Positions 30,721 to 40,759 are shown, numbered from the stretch's first letter. The stretch: 64,000 nucleotides of DNA from an uncultured candidate division Zixibacteria bacterium (GCA_963668625.2 CAXXKA010000008.1:448001-512000), one strand, 5' to 3'. The notes: generated from the letters alone by a model not told the origin. Made by a program: numbers and translations.

Positions 30721-31731
30721 TTACTTCAACAGTGTCATCTGCTTTGTCTCGATGAAAGCTCCGGTATCGATAGTGTAGAAATACACCCCGCTGGCGGCAT
30801 CGTTGGCATCCCAGGTTACGTTGTGATTGCCTGCGGGCAGCAATCCCGGTGATAGTGTCTCAACCAACTGGCCGGTGATGTTGTAAATGCGGATGCTGAC
30901 CTCAGTCTCCTCTGGCAACGCGAAACTGATATTTGTTTTAGCGTTGAAAGGATTGGGGTAGTTCTGGGAGAGGCTATATTCCTGTGGCAGTTCTTGTTCG
31001 GGCGCATCGACAGTGTAGAACAGGTTAGCGAGGATGGCGTTGAGTAGCTCCTCTCTGGTATTCTGTCCTTCATCAGTGAAGTAGGCAAAGCCGAAACCGT
31101 TGTACCAGTCGAAACGGCCAGTTTCGCCGATTACAACTGTAACACCTCTTTTACCGGGATAATAAGGAAGCCCCTCAAAAGCTGTTCGGCCATTATCATC
31201 TCTGGGCCAGTAATCACAATGAGGGGCAGGTTCATTATAATCTACAATGAGGCCTGAAGTACATCGATTATAGGAAACCCCGGCCATAGCATGATTAAGC
31301 ATAACAGGATCTGATGTAAAAGTGTAGAAGACATCAAAATAATCGTCATTCTCAAAATCACCGAAATTGATTACTTTGCCTCCATTTTCAGCGTATTGGT
31401 ATAGTAAATCGAAATGCTCTTGAAGTACTTCGTCGCTCATGAAAGATTCGCCATATTGCCTGGAGCCGTCAAAGTCTATTACAACATCGTAAATATCAAG
31501 CTCAAGCATATCAGGTAGAACATTTACGGTTGTTAAATTGTAATCTAACCTTGTTGCCACAGCAATTAAACTATCAGCGTTAGGAGAGTTGAGTTGGTCG
31601 ATTACTAAGATTGAATCAACGTCAGCGCATTTGTTGAATGGGGTGAAACTACTATCCTCAGCAGATAAGGTTTGTATCGTTGCTATCATGATGATTGCTA
31701 CCATCACCATCATTATCGTTTTCATCTTCAT
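30721..31731 (-). CDS. Array gene G3: secreted protein, signal + mosaic module B + T9SS-like tail
   Basis: Segments match G5, G4 and G6 in turn. Confidence 0.85.
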   Translation of the reverse strand: MKMKTIMMVMVAIIMIATIQTLSAEDSSFTPFNKCADVDSILVIDQLNSPNADSLIAVATRLDYNLTTVNVLPDMLELDIYDVVIDFDGSRQYGESFMSDEVLQEHFDLLYQYAENGGKVINFGDFENDDYFDVFYTFTSDPVMLNHAMAGVSYNRCTSGLIVDYNEPAPHCDYWPRDDNGRTAFEGLPYYPGKRGVTVVIGETGRFDWYNGFGFAYFTDEGQNTREELLNAILANLFYTVDAPEQELPQEYSLSQNYPNPFNAKTNISFALPEETEVSIRIYNITGQLVETLSPGLLPAGNHNVTWDANDAASGVYFYTIDTGAFIETKQMTLLK

Positions 31732-31789
31732 TATTCCTCCCTTGAGAGGCGGGTAGATCAGGCAGTACCTGACCTACTCTGTGACTATG

Positions 31790-32803
31790 TTACCTCAACA
31801 GTGTCATCTGCTTTGTCTCGGTGAAAGCGCCGGTGTCGATAGTGTAGAAATACACACCACTGGCGGCATCGTTGGCATCCCAGGTTACGTTGTGATTGCC
31901 TGCGGGCAGCAATCCCGGTGATAGTGTCTCAACCAACTGGCCGGTGATGTTGTAAATGCGGATGCTGACCTCAGTCTCCTCTGGCAGGGCGAAACTGATA
32001 TTCGTTTGAGCATTGAACGGGTTGGGGTAGTTCTGGGATAGGTTGTACTCCCGCGGTAGTGATAGTTCTGGCGTATCGACAGTGTAGAACAGGTTTTTGA
32101 GGATGACGTTTAGCATCTCAGCGCGTGTGTTCTGCCCCTCATCGGTGAAGTAGGCAAAGCCGAAACCGTTGTACCAGTCGAAACGGCCAGTTTCGCCGAC
32201 TTCAACTATAATCCCGCGTACACCTTGAATGAAAGGAGCTGGTTCAAATATTGCTGTATACCAGCCAGTAACTCTTGGCATGTAATCGTTGTGGGGACCA
32301 GGTTCGTTGTACTCAACACTTATCCCAGCAGTTACATCATTGCAGCTTAATCCCACCATGGATGTATTGCATCCTAAGAATGGAATTGTAGTATAATCAA
32401 AAACGCCGATGTAATCATCATTTCTAAAATCACCGAAGTTAATGGCTTTACCTCCAAGTTCAGCGTATGCATAAAGCAAATTAAAATGCTCTTGAAGTTG
32501 TTGTTCACTCATGAATGGTTCACCATATAGCCTTGAGCCGTCAAAGTCTAATACCACATCGTAAGTATCAAGCTCAAGCATATTGGGAAGAGCATTTACA
32601 AAAGTTAAATTATAGCCTTGCCTTGTACCTATAGCAACTAAACTATCAGCGTTGTGGGAGTTGAGCTGATCGATAACCAGGATTGAATCAATATCGGCAC
32701 ATTTGTTGAATGGCGTGATACTACTATCCTCAGCAGATAAGGTTTGTATCGTTGCTATCATGATGATTGCCGCCAGCACCATCATTATCGTTTTGTTATT
32801 CAT
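31790..32803 (-). CDS. Array gene G2: secreted protein, signal + module B(type 2) + T9SS-like tail
   Basis: C-terminal part of module B near-identical to G5. Confidence 0.85.
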   Translation of the reverse strand: MNNKTIMMVLAAIIMIATIQTLSAEDSSITPFNKCADIDSILVIDQLNSHNADSLVAIGTRQGYNLTFVNALPNMLELDTYDVVLDFDGSRLYGEPFMSEQQLQEHFNLLYAYAELGGKAINFGDFRNDDYIGVFDYTTIPFLGCNTSMVGLSCNDVTAGISVEYNEPGPHNDYMPRVTGWYTAIFEPAPFIQGVRGIIVEVGETGRFDWYNGFGFAYFTDEGQNTRAEMLNVILKNLFYTVDTPELSLPREYNLSQNYPNPFNAQTNISFALPEETEVSIRIYNITGQLVETLSPGLLPAGNHNVTWDANDAASGVYFYTIDTGAFTETKQMTLLR

Positions 32804-32859
32804 TATTCCTCCCTTGAGAGGCGGGTAGATCAGGCAGTGCCTGACCTACCCTTACTATG

Positions 32860-35800
32860 TTACTTCAACAGTGTCATCTGCTTTGTCTCTGTGAAAGCTC
32901 CGGTGTCGATAGTGTAGAAATACACCCCGCTGGCGGCATCGTTGGCATCCCAGGTTATGTTGTGGTTGCCCGCGGGTAACTGCCCCGGTGATATCGTCTG
33001 AACTAACTGGCCTTTTATGTTGTAGATACGAATGTTAACCTCAGTCTCCTCTGGCAGGGCGAAACTGATATTCGTTTGAGCGTTGAACGGGTTGGGGTAA
33101 TTCTGGGATAGTGAGTACTCCTGTGGCAGTGGTTGCTCGGGCGCATCGACAGTGTAGAACAGGTTTTTGAGTATGGCGTTTAGCATATCGGCGCGTGTGT
33201 TTTGGCCCTCATCGGTGAAGTAGGCAAAACCGAAACCGGGATACCAATCAAATCGCCCGGTCTCACCCGCCTCGATTGCCATTGCTCGTGTTCCCTGCCT
33301 GAATGGCATAGGTTCGAAAATTGTAGTACTCCAGCCAGAGTAAGGCATATAATCATCATGCGGTGCAGGCTCGTTGTATGCTATACTCATTCCACCGGTA
33401 ATAGGATTATTAATAAATCCATTCATAACTGAATTAATGCCAAGGAAGAAAGTATCCCAACAGCTAAATATATCCCAGTAATCATCATTTCTAAAGTCCC
33501 CGAAATTGATTATCTTTCCACCATTTTCAGCATATGGGTATAGTAAATCATAATGCTCTTGAAGCACTTCGTCACTCATGAAAGATTCGCCATATAGCCT
33601 GGAACCATCGAAATCAATAACAACATCGTAGTTCTCAAGCTCTAACGAGGAAGGAAGTTCATGTGTTTTACAAATCTCATATCCCTGACGTATGCCTATC
33701 TTAATCAAACTATCGGCGTTGTGTGAATAAGTTTGATCAATGACAAGTATTGTTCGTACATCCGCGCATTTGCTGAGAGGTGTGATATTTTCATCACGCG
33801 GTTCGTACCTGCCGATGGGGATATTTCTATCATCGTAGAACCTGTTAGGATACGAGGCTCTTACTTGTACTTGCCCCGGCCGCCAGATTGTTGAATTGAA
33901 GAAATACCTACCTTGCTGAGTATAACCTATTTTCATTAAATTATTCTCCGGGCTCCAGCAAACTACTTTTATACTGTCAGGTTGGCCATTGTTATCGTAT
34001 CGACCATTGTCATCTACATTGATGATTACCTGCTGTGGGTTTCTTGATGGTGAAATGTGGCTAGGACATTCTGATTGTAAGTATCTGTAACTAGTATTAC
34101 TACGCATTGGTGCTAAGGGGTTGCCAAAGTAATTTAATACTCTAAATTCCTGTGTATAAGGGCATGAAGATCCCCCCATAGCGAGGTAATGGCCAAAAGC
34201 AATTGATCTCTCTTCAATCGGTAAATCACTCATCTCTACAACAAAGAGAAACCTATTCAAGCATTTTAAATAAAACGGGTACGATGGTTTGTACAATGCT
34301 CCGGCAGCACCGATGCAGCTATGAGATGAACCGCTATTCATCAAAAACTCCACCATAGATGTATCACTGTAGTGGTCTACATCCCACCAGCTATAATCAT
34401 CGCAATCAACAGATGCAGAAAAGTCTGGTAAAATGTATATATTACCGCCATACTGATAATTACATCTTTTACTATAAAAGAAACTAAAATTAGATAAGTA
34501 CGGCCCATAGTAACCAGATTGCCTGGTAGTAAACATTGCCGGGTTGCAAGGTGCCATAACCATATTGTAATAGTTATCCCCCCATGGCGCCATTAGTTGC
34601 TCGGGTGTATATACTAAAGGAAGTTCAGCATCGCCATCAGGCTGGCCCTCAAATCCCTCAGGGAAATGAGAAATATTGTATCCAGAGATCGGCTCTGTCG
34701 CATAAAGGTATGATCCCCAATCAACGAATTCGTTAACTGAATAGGTGGCAATATCTCTTACATGCAGATACGGATTATCAAATGGAAGACTTTCCGGTAC
34801 CGGTTGGTTCTCAGAACGAACCATAGCCTCGGCATAGTTTGCAAGTTCGCTTGCATTGTTGCAGGGAATCCTACCGAGCCAGACTTGCGGAATAGTAGGG
34901 TAGATACCATCAATATTACGAGCCTCTAAGTAAGCTCCGTTACCGTTGCCATCATATAACGATAGCTCGCCAACGAGTAATGTGTAAATTATGTCGCTTC
35001 TGTTTAAATCGTCAGGTCTGCCATCCGGGTGCGCCTCGGGAAACGCCGTGTAGAAAATTGGGATGTCGGTGTTGGGGTCATCGCTTTGGGGGGCGAAACT
35101 GCCTATGAGCATCACGTAATTGGTGCCGTACTGCTGTTTGTGATACTTAATACAGTTGCGGATCTTATCCTTGGTGTTGATACCCGTATAATCATGCTCA
35201 ATCCGTTCGCGCGAAAGAGTCAACGGCGGATAACCCATCATGAGCAGGTGATGGGCGATCTTGTAGGTCGGCTCGGTGTCGTAGAAATCGTTGGCGGTGA
35301 TAAGCAGTATGGCGGGGTTGGTAAACTCCATCACCGAATTAACAGTGTCGACATCCCGGAACACGGTCTCGTTGTATTGAAGGATAGCGGTGCCGGAGGG
35401 CTGCCTTGCGGGCACCTGCCGCGGGTTTAAGGTGACCATAGCTTTCTGCACCGCGATATTCAACGCCGAGTCGGCAACGAACATGGCGCTGGGGCAAATC
35501 GGGTCGCGGCTAATCGAGGTGTAGTTAAACGAGAAACTGACACTCTCGACATGGCGTATCTGGTTGGTGGCGGGGTAGTAAACATAGGAGTATATCATCA
35601 CCCGGGCAAACGTGGCCCCGTTGAGATAGTCCTCCCCGATGAACTCTACCGGGTCGGCGGGATACTGCGCCATCGAGTACTCCGCGCCGGGCGGTACGAA
35701 CTCGGGCGGCTGCGGCCACGGGTAGAGTTCAAAGTTAACCAGGCTGTCGGCGATATCGTGATCGGGCGGCTGCACCGGCAGCGGCAGGTAATCCAGATCG

Positions 35801-36093
35801 ATCGGATCGCCAAGCTGCACGGTATAGCTCACGCCATTAGCGATGAGATTTTGCGGCGAGATCTCCATCTCGTAGATCACCGGGATCTCGGGCGCGCCTA
35901 CCTGGCCGGAGTTGGTGAGCGCTAATTCCTCACCGCTAAGTTTAATGTACTGATTGCTATTATAAGTAACTTCGGTTCGATTGAGTTCACCAAAACGAGA
36001 GTGAACATCAATACTGTAATTTGCCAGTGCGAGCTGTGTGGTGAGACCCAAGATGAAAAAGCATATGATCCAAAACATCCGTGTGCGAGTCAT
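32860..36093 (-). CDS. Array head gene G1: gingipain/peptidase C25-like protein (propeptide + C25-like domain) fused to module A + module B(type 1) + T9SS-like tail
   Basis: GAPEIP propeptide motif, ILLIT, IRNCIK...YVMLIG, SD..Y, WLGRIP, N.FGNP; RBS GGAGGAG. Confidence 0.75.
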   Translation of the reverse strand: MTRTRMFWIICFFILGLTTQLALANYSIDVHSRFGELNRTEVTYNSNQYIKLSGEELALTNSGQVGAPEIPVIYEMEISPQNLIANGVSYTVQLGDPIDLDYLPLPVQPPDHDIADSLVNFELYPWPQPPEFVPPGAEYSMAQYPADPVEFIGEDYLNGATFARVMIYSYVYYPATNQIRHVESVSFSFNYTSISRDPICPSAMFVADSALNIAVQKAMVTLNPRQVPARQPSGTAILQYNETVFRDVDTVNSVMEFTNPAILLITANDFYDTEPTYKIAHHLLMMGYPPLTLSRERIEHDYTGINTKDKIRNCIKYHKQQYGTNYVMLIGSFAPQSDDPNTDIPIFYTAFPEAHPDGRPDDLNRSDIIYTLLVGELSLYDGNGNGAYLEARNIDGIYPTIPQVWLGRIPCNNASELANYAEAMVRSENQPVPESLPFDNPYLHVRDIATYSVNEFVDWGSYLYATEPISGYNISHFPEGFEGQPDGDAELPLVYTPEQLMAPWGDNYYNMVMAPCNPAMFTTRQSGYYGPYLSNFSFFYSKRCNYQYGGNIYILPDFSASVDCDDYSWWDVDHYSDTSMVEFLMNSGSSHSCIGAAGALYKPSYPFYLKCLNRFLFVVEMSDLPIEERSIAFGHYLAMGGSSCPYTQEFRVLNYFGNPLAPMRSNTSYRYLQSECPSHISPSRNPQQVIINVDDNGRYDNNGQPDSIKVVCWSPENNLMKIGYTQQGRYFFNSTIWRPGQVQVRASYPNRFYDDRNIPIGRYEPRDENITPLSKCADVRTILVIDQTYSHNADSLIKIGIRQGYEICKTHELPSSLELENYDVVIDFDGSRLYGESFMSDEVLQEHYDLLYPYAENGGKIINFGDFRNDDYWDIFSCWDTFFLGINSVMNGFINNPITGGMSIAYNEPAPHDDYMPYSGWSTTIFEPMPFRQGTRAMAIEAGETGRFDWYPGFGFAYFTDEGQNTRADMLNAILKNLFYTVDAPEQPLPQEYSLSQNYPNPFNAQTNISFALPEETEVNIRIYNIKGQLVQTISPGQLPAGNHNITWDANDAASGVYFYTIDTGAFTETKQMTLLK

Positions 36094-36897
36094 ATCTCCT
36101 CCAAGAGTTAAAGGTATAAAACAGTAATTGATTATCAGCCTGCGAATGGGGTGGTTAGCTCGAATCCCAATTTATAGTATGGTTTACTCCAACTTTAATA
36201 ATGTCGATGATTTAATAATGCAAGGTTTGACCAAAACGAGCTATAGCCGTTTGATAGGTTTCCTAAGAATCATTTTAAACCCCTTTCCTTGTGGCTATAT
36301 AAGAAATATCGGCCGGCCTCGATAGACTTTTAGCGAGCCTCCGCAACTTTGGGTTATTACCGATAAATGCAATTTATGCCGCCTCGTTCCATAGCCCAAA
36401 AAATAATTACTCTCTTAGACATGGCATCGCAGTAGATGCCGTCCTCTCTCACTTACTCGAATTGATTATAATCTCCCGATTTCGGGGTGAATGTTTTTGT
36501 TTATCTCATTTACGATTGTTAATGCCGAACTGCTTTCAAGTAGTAGGGGAAATTCGTTGCGGGCTGATGAAAATCATGCCGCCCTATCAAACGAGCCGTG
36601 GAAAAACGAGCCTCGCCTGCATAAAAAAATCGATTATACTACGTATGTAGCAAATCGATTTTATTCTTTAGATATTACATTAGTGCTGGATTCATGATAG
36701 TTTGCATTCTCCCCTTAACCAAAACCTTCTTTAATATACCAGCAGACAAAAGCCTGTCAAGGGAAAAATGATCTATTTATCTGGCTTATTGACACCTAAT
36801 GCAATAGCTAATAAATAGATAACAAATTGCAAGTTGGGGCACCGCCCGGGCAAGCAAGGACGTACCCTAGCCACGAAATTATCATTCCTGAATTGGA

Positions 36898-37446
36898 TTA
36901 TCGTCTTGCAACTTTGCGTGGAAGGCCGGTTAAGCGTAGTTTCTCGTCAATTAGATTTTCATAACCGGCATTCAGATAATACTCCTCGATATTCTCATAG
37001 GCTTTGATGAACGGCTTGCCATGCCCCATACGTCCATGACGGGTGGCCTCCAATACATGCGCGGACTCGTGAATGAATGTCTCGAATATCTCGGATTCGG
37101 AGTAGGGCCGTATATCTCGCGGCGTCCATTTGTCGTAGGCTTTGTTGTGACGGCCTTTGATCGAGTAGATCCGCACCTCGGAGGGCACGCCGCCGGTATG
37201 GAATGTCACGCCGGCCACGAATATCTTTTTGCGTATCGGGAGATACACCGGCAGTTTCTTCAACTCGAAATCCTCGCTGAGCTGATCGTATAGATGCTGC
37301 AATTCGGCCCGCGCCTGGCCACGAAGTTTTTTAAACGAGGGATCGTTTTTCAGTTGATAGGTGAAATCGGTCAACGTGGAGGTTGCCTGTTGCAAGAGTT
37401 CCACGGCCTGTTTATAGTTTCCGTACTTTTCGAGAGCGTTTGTCAT
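36898..37446 (-). CDS. HEXXH zinc-metalloprotease-like (SprT-like) protein
   Basis: HESAH...GHGKPF motif. Confidence 0.55.
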   Translation of the reverse strand: MTNALEKYGNYKQAVELLQQATSTLTDFTYQLKNDPSFKKLRGQARAELQHLYDQLSEDFELKKLPVYLPIRKKIFVAGVTFHTGGVPSEVRIYSIKGRHNKAYDKWTPRDIRPYSESEIFETFIHESAHVLEATRHGRMGHGKPFIKAYENIEEYYLNAGYENLIDEKLRLTGLPRKVARR

Positions 37447-37546
37447 TGATTATATATACCTTCATTTAACAAACAGATTGCCACCTTGCCTTGATCCTCG
37501 CAATGACTGCTTTGATTAAAGCATGGCGATTGATTTACGATTTGCT

Positions 37547-37939
37547 TTACTTCACATGCTTGCGAAGGCCCAGGACGATGGTGATTATCAATGCTGAAAA
37601 CATAACATGTTGAGGCGCCGAATCGGTCAGCAGGGATGGCATCTTGAACGCGCTGACGATTAGAAACAGTAGGAAATTGGCGATTACTATGCAGAGTATC
37701 ACTATCGCGCCGGATTTCGATACGGTTGATTTGATTTTTGCCGCGAATAATACCAGGGCTATTCCAGAGACCGCCAGCAGGGCCGTCACCTGATGCCAGC
37801 CTATGAAAAACGCGATCTTCGTCAGCTCCGTTGAGTTCGAGTTGTTCAAGTCCGGGATGATTTGTATATCGCCCCAGATAGCATGAGCCACCGAGAGTAT
37901 CAACGATAAGATGCCTGCGGCCAGGTAGTAGTAATTCAT
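37547..37939 (-). CDS. Small 4-TM membrane protein
   Basis: Start taken at MNYYYL (ATG 37939); four hydrophobic helices. Confidence 0.6.
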   Translation of the reverse strand: MNYYYLAAGILSLILSVAHAIWGDIQIIPDLNNSNSTELTKIAFFIGWHQVTALLAVSGIALVLFAAKIKSTVSKSGAIVILCIVIANFLLFLIVSAFKMPSLLTDSAPQHVMFSALIITIVLGLRKHVK

Positions 37940-38380
37940 AATCGTATGATATGTATTGTGAGATATTTCAGTCAAGCGGGAAATTATTTCAATCAAGTTA
38001 TCCTCACCGGTGATACAGCCTTGCAATGTACATGTCGGAGGAATATTATCAGTGACAGATTCCCGGCTTGTGCAAGGATACTCGTTGTTGCCGGAGTGGC
38101 TGACATAGTGTTAATGTCGTTGGCGGAAATTATTATTGTAAGTGTGATTTTTAGTATTACTGTATGCTTCGTTTATTTAGCCTGCCTTGGCATGACCCCG
38201 GGTACCCCTTACTAAACAATTTAAATGATCGAATTACCTATACTGCTTTTATGATAAACCTCACTAAGATTATCGAGCAGCGCCTGGTAACCAGGAAATA
38301 ACCCCCGCTGTTTGTAGTACTCTTTCTAGTATGTAGATATTTTGCAGTTGAGTTTGAGCTATGTTTAATCGTATACTCAA

Positions 38381-38662
38381 GTGATGTATAAATATTTGAG
38401 AATCGCTAAAGCGCTTGTCGTATCAGGACATATACATGTTGCATTATCGCTGGGTATTAGTATAATAGCGCTAGCTTATGTTTCAAAGCGGATACTACCA
38501 GAGCCGATTAAACCAATCTACATGAGTATCATCTCACTGATAATGGTGGGTTACGAAAGCCTGATTGGTTCAAACAAGAACTCGCGCCTGGCTAATTCTA
38601 TTTACTGGGTGCTGGCTATCTTCATTGCCACTGCCATAATAATATCTATTCACCTTCCATGA
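38381..38662 (+). CDS. Small hypothetical membrane protein
   Basis: 93-aa ORF, three hydrophobic segments. Confidence 0.5.
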   Translation: MMYKYLRIAKALVVSGHIHVALSLGISIIALAYVSKRILPEPIKPIYMSIISLIMVGYESLIGSNKNSRLANSIYWVLAIFIATAIIISIHLP

Positions 38663-39005
38663 TAAACACTCAAAGTCCATTATATACTCATCCAATAGCT
38701 CCATTGAATATGCATTTGCACCAGTGTTTTATTGCGCAGCTCAGGCTAATATGCTTTTACTTATATCCTTACGGTTATTAATATGTATGAAATAACCGTT
38801 TTAAAATAGGACTATCAATAGCCCGATTAAACTACATTTGTTACATATATATATCTATTGTGAAATAGTGAATTTGTCTTATTAATTATTTGTTATAAAA
38901 TAACATAAATTCACTTGCTAATTAAGCTTAATCGGTTTAGATTCGGATTCGTTATATTTGTGAATATTTTAGCAATGTAAGAAGTACTTTACAGGAGATA
39001 CAGCA

Positions 39006-40547
39006 ATGTCTGCTAAAGATAGAATTCGTTTAAAAGCGCTTCATGATAAAATTATGAGTGCCGAGGAAGCGGCTGCTCTTATTCCCAATGGCGTAAATGT
39101 CGGGATGAGTGGTTTTACCGGCGCGGGCTACCCCAAGGTAGTACCCAAAGCTCTGGCCAAGAGAATCATGGATAAGCATCTCGAGGGTGATAATTTCCGT
39201 ATCAGTGTCTGGACAGGCGCCTCGACAGCTCCGGAGCTTGACGGCGCTTTAGCTATGGTCGATGGCCTTGAACTTCGTTTACCATACCAATCCGATCCTA
39301 TCTGCCGTAAGAAAATCAACTCCGGAGATATGGAGTATATCGATAATCACCTGTCGCATGTGGCCGAGGCCGTATCCTATGGTTTCTATGGCGAACTTGG
39401 AGTAGCTATTATCGAGGTTACCGGTATCACTGAGGAGGGGTATCTGATTCCGGCATCCTCTGTGGGCAACAATGTTACCTGGATTGATTTCGCCGATAAG
39501 GTAATTCTTGAGGTTAACGAGTGGCAAAGCCCCAAGCTCGAGGGAATGCATGACATTTACGGTCAATTGCGTATGCCCCCGAATCGCAAACCATTACCCC
39601 TGGTTCATCCCTCCGATAGGATTGGTACGCCATATATGAAATGCCCCCAGGAGAAGATTGCCGGTATCGTCCTAACCAATACCTCAGATCGTAACACACC
39701 TCTCGCCAAACCCGATGAGAACTCGACGAAAATTGCCCAGCACATCCTGGATTTCCTTGAGATCGAGGTTAAAAGCGGAAGAATTCCGGAGAATTTATTA
39801 CCTCTGCAATCGGGAGTGGGGAATATCGCCAACGCCGTTTTGTACGGTTTGAATGAGGGGAATTTCGAAAATATCACTTCCTATACCGAAGTTATTCAGG
39901 ATGGGATGATCGACCTGTTGGATTCGGGCAAGATGACGATTGCCTCGGCAACGGCCTTTTCGCTTTCACCTGATTTAAACGAGAAAATCAACAAGAACAT
40001 GGATGAGTATCGCAGCAAGATCATACTTCGCGCCCAGAGGATTTCCAATCATCCCGAGATCATCCGTAGATTAGGTTGTCTGGCGATGAATGCTATGATC
40101 GAATCCGATATTTATGGTCATGTTAATTCCACACACGTTATGGGTTCGAAGATCATGAATGGTATAGGCGGCTCGGGCGATTTTGCCAGGAACGCCTCGA
40201 TTTCATTCTTCATGAGTCCCTCGACCGCGAAAAACGGCTCGATTTCATGTATCGTGCCGATGGTTTCGCATGTGGATCACACCGAGCATGATGTTAACGT
40301 GATTGTTACCGAGCAGGGCCTGGCCGATCTTCGCGGACTATGCCCGACCAAACGCGCTAAGCTAATTATCGAAAAATGCGCCCACCCGGATTACAAACCG
40401 ATGCTTCAAGAGTATTTCCGTAAGGCGATGAATTCCTCTCCGGGGAAACATACGCCACATATTCTCGGTGAGGCTCTAAGCTGGCATGAGAGATTCGTTA
40501 ATACCGGAACCATGATGCGTGAGGGAGCGATTGCCCGTATCGCCTAA
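39006..40547 (+). CDS. Acetyl-CoA hydrolase/succinate CoA-transferase family protein
   Basis: SGFTGAGYPK, QSGVGNIANA, TEVIQDG, NGIGGSGDF, VTEQG. Confidence 0.92.
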   Translation: MSAKDRIRLKALHDKIMSAEEAAALIPNGVNVGMSGFTGAGYPKVVPKALAKRIMDKHLEGDNFRISVWTGASTAPELDGALAMVDGLELRLPYQSDPICRKKINSGDMEYIDNHLSHVAEAVSYGFYGELGVAIIEVTGITEEGYLIPASSVGNNVTWIDFADKVILEVNEWQSPKLEGMHDIYGQLRMPPNRKPLPLVHPSDRIGTPYMKCPQEKIAGIVLTNTSDRNTPLAKPDENSTKIAQHILDFLEIEVKSGRIPENLLPLQSGVGNIANAVLYGLNEGNFENITSYTEVIQDGMIDLLDSGKMTIASATAFSLSPDLNEKINKNMDEYRSKIILRAQRISNHPEIIRRLGCLAMNAMIESDIYGHVNSTHVMGSKIMNGIGGSGDFARNASISFFMSPSTAKNGSISCIVPMVSHVDHTEHDVNVIVTEQGLADLRGLCPTKRAKLIIEKCAHPDYKPMLQEYFRKAMNSSPGKHTPHILGEALSWHERFVNTGTMMREGAIARIA

Positions 40548-40623
40548 TAGGGATGTGCAATGATGCTTACCTTGTTGGCATGCTGCTAAGTAAGCAATCT
40601 TCTTTTTTGTTTAGATACTCCCG

Positions 40624-40654
40624 AACCGGCGGATATTTTATCCGCCGGTTTTTT
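40624..40654 (+). terminator. Rho-independent terminator
   Basis: AACCGGCGGATA-TTT-TATCCGCCGGTTTTTT. Confidence 0.8.
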
Positions 40655-40759
40655 ATTGATCCTAAAAACCACCGGTTTACCCGGTGTGTACGTTTGAGGC
40701 GAAGTATTTGCAGTAAATTTTATTATCAACAGCGACGACTGATTCTCTCAATAGCTGCA

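Larger units (their letters stand above)
26924..32859 (-). repeat. Six conserved 56-58-bp intergenic spacers (26924-26979, 28255-28311, 29326-29383, 30665-30720, 31732-31789, 32804-32859) with hairpin and RBS
   Basis: Minus-strand consensus CATAGTAAGGGTAGGTCAGGCA-C-TGCCTGATCTACCCGCCTCTCAAGGGAGGAATA. Confidence 0.95.

Noticed and set aside
26924-32859. CRISPR array or classical integron
   Set aside because: Repeats are separated by whole paralogous genes of 1.0-1.3 kb; no cas or intI gene; no clear RYYYAAC/GTTRRRY attC ends
26980-34060. Diversity-generating retroelement acting on the array
   Set aside because: No reverse transcriptase or non-coding template repeat in the window; G3 vs G6 differences involve all bases and are not adenine-specific
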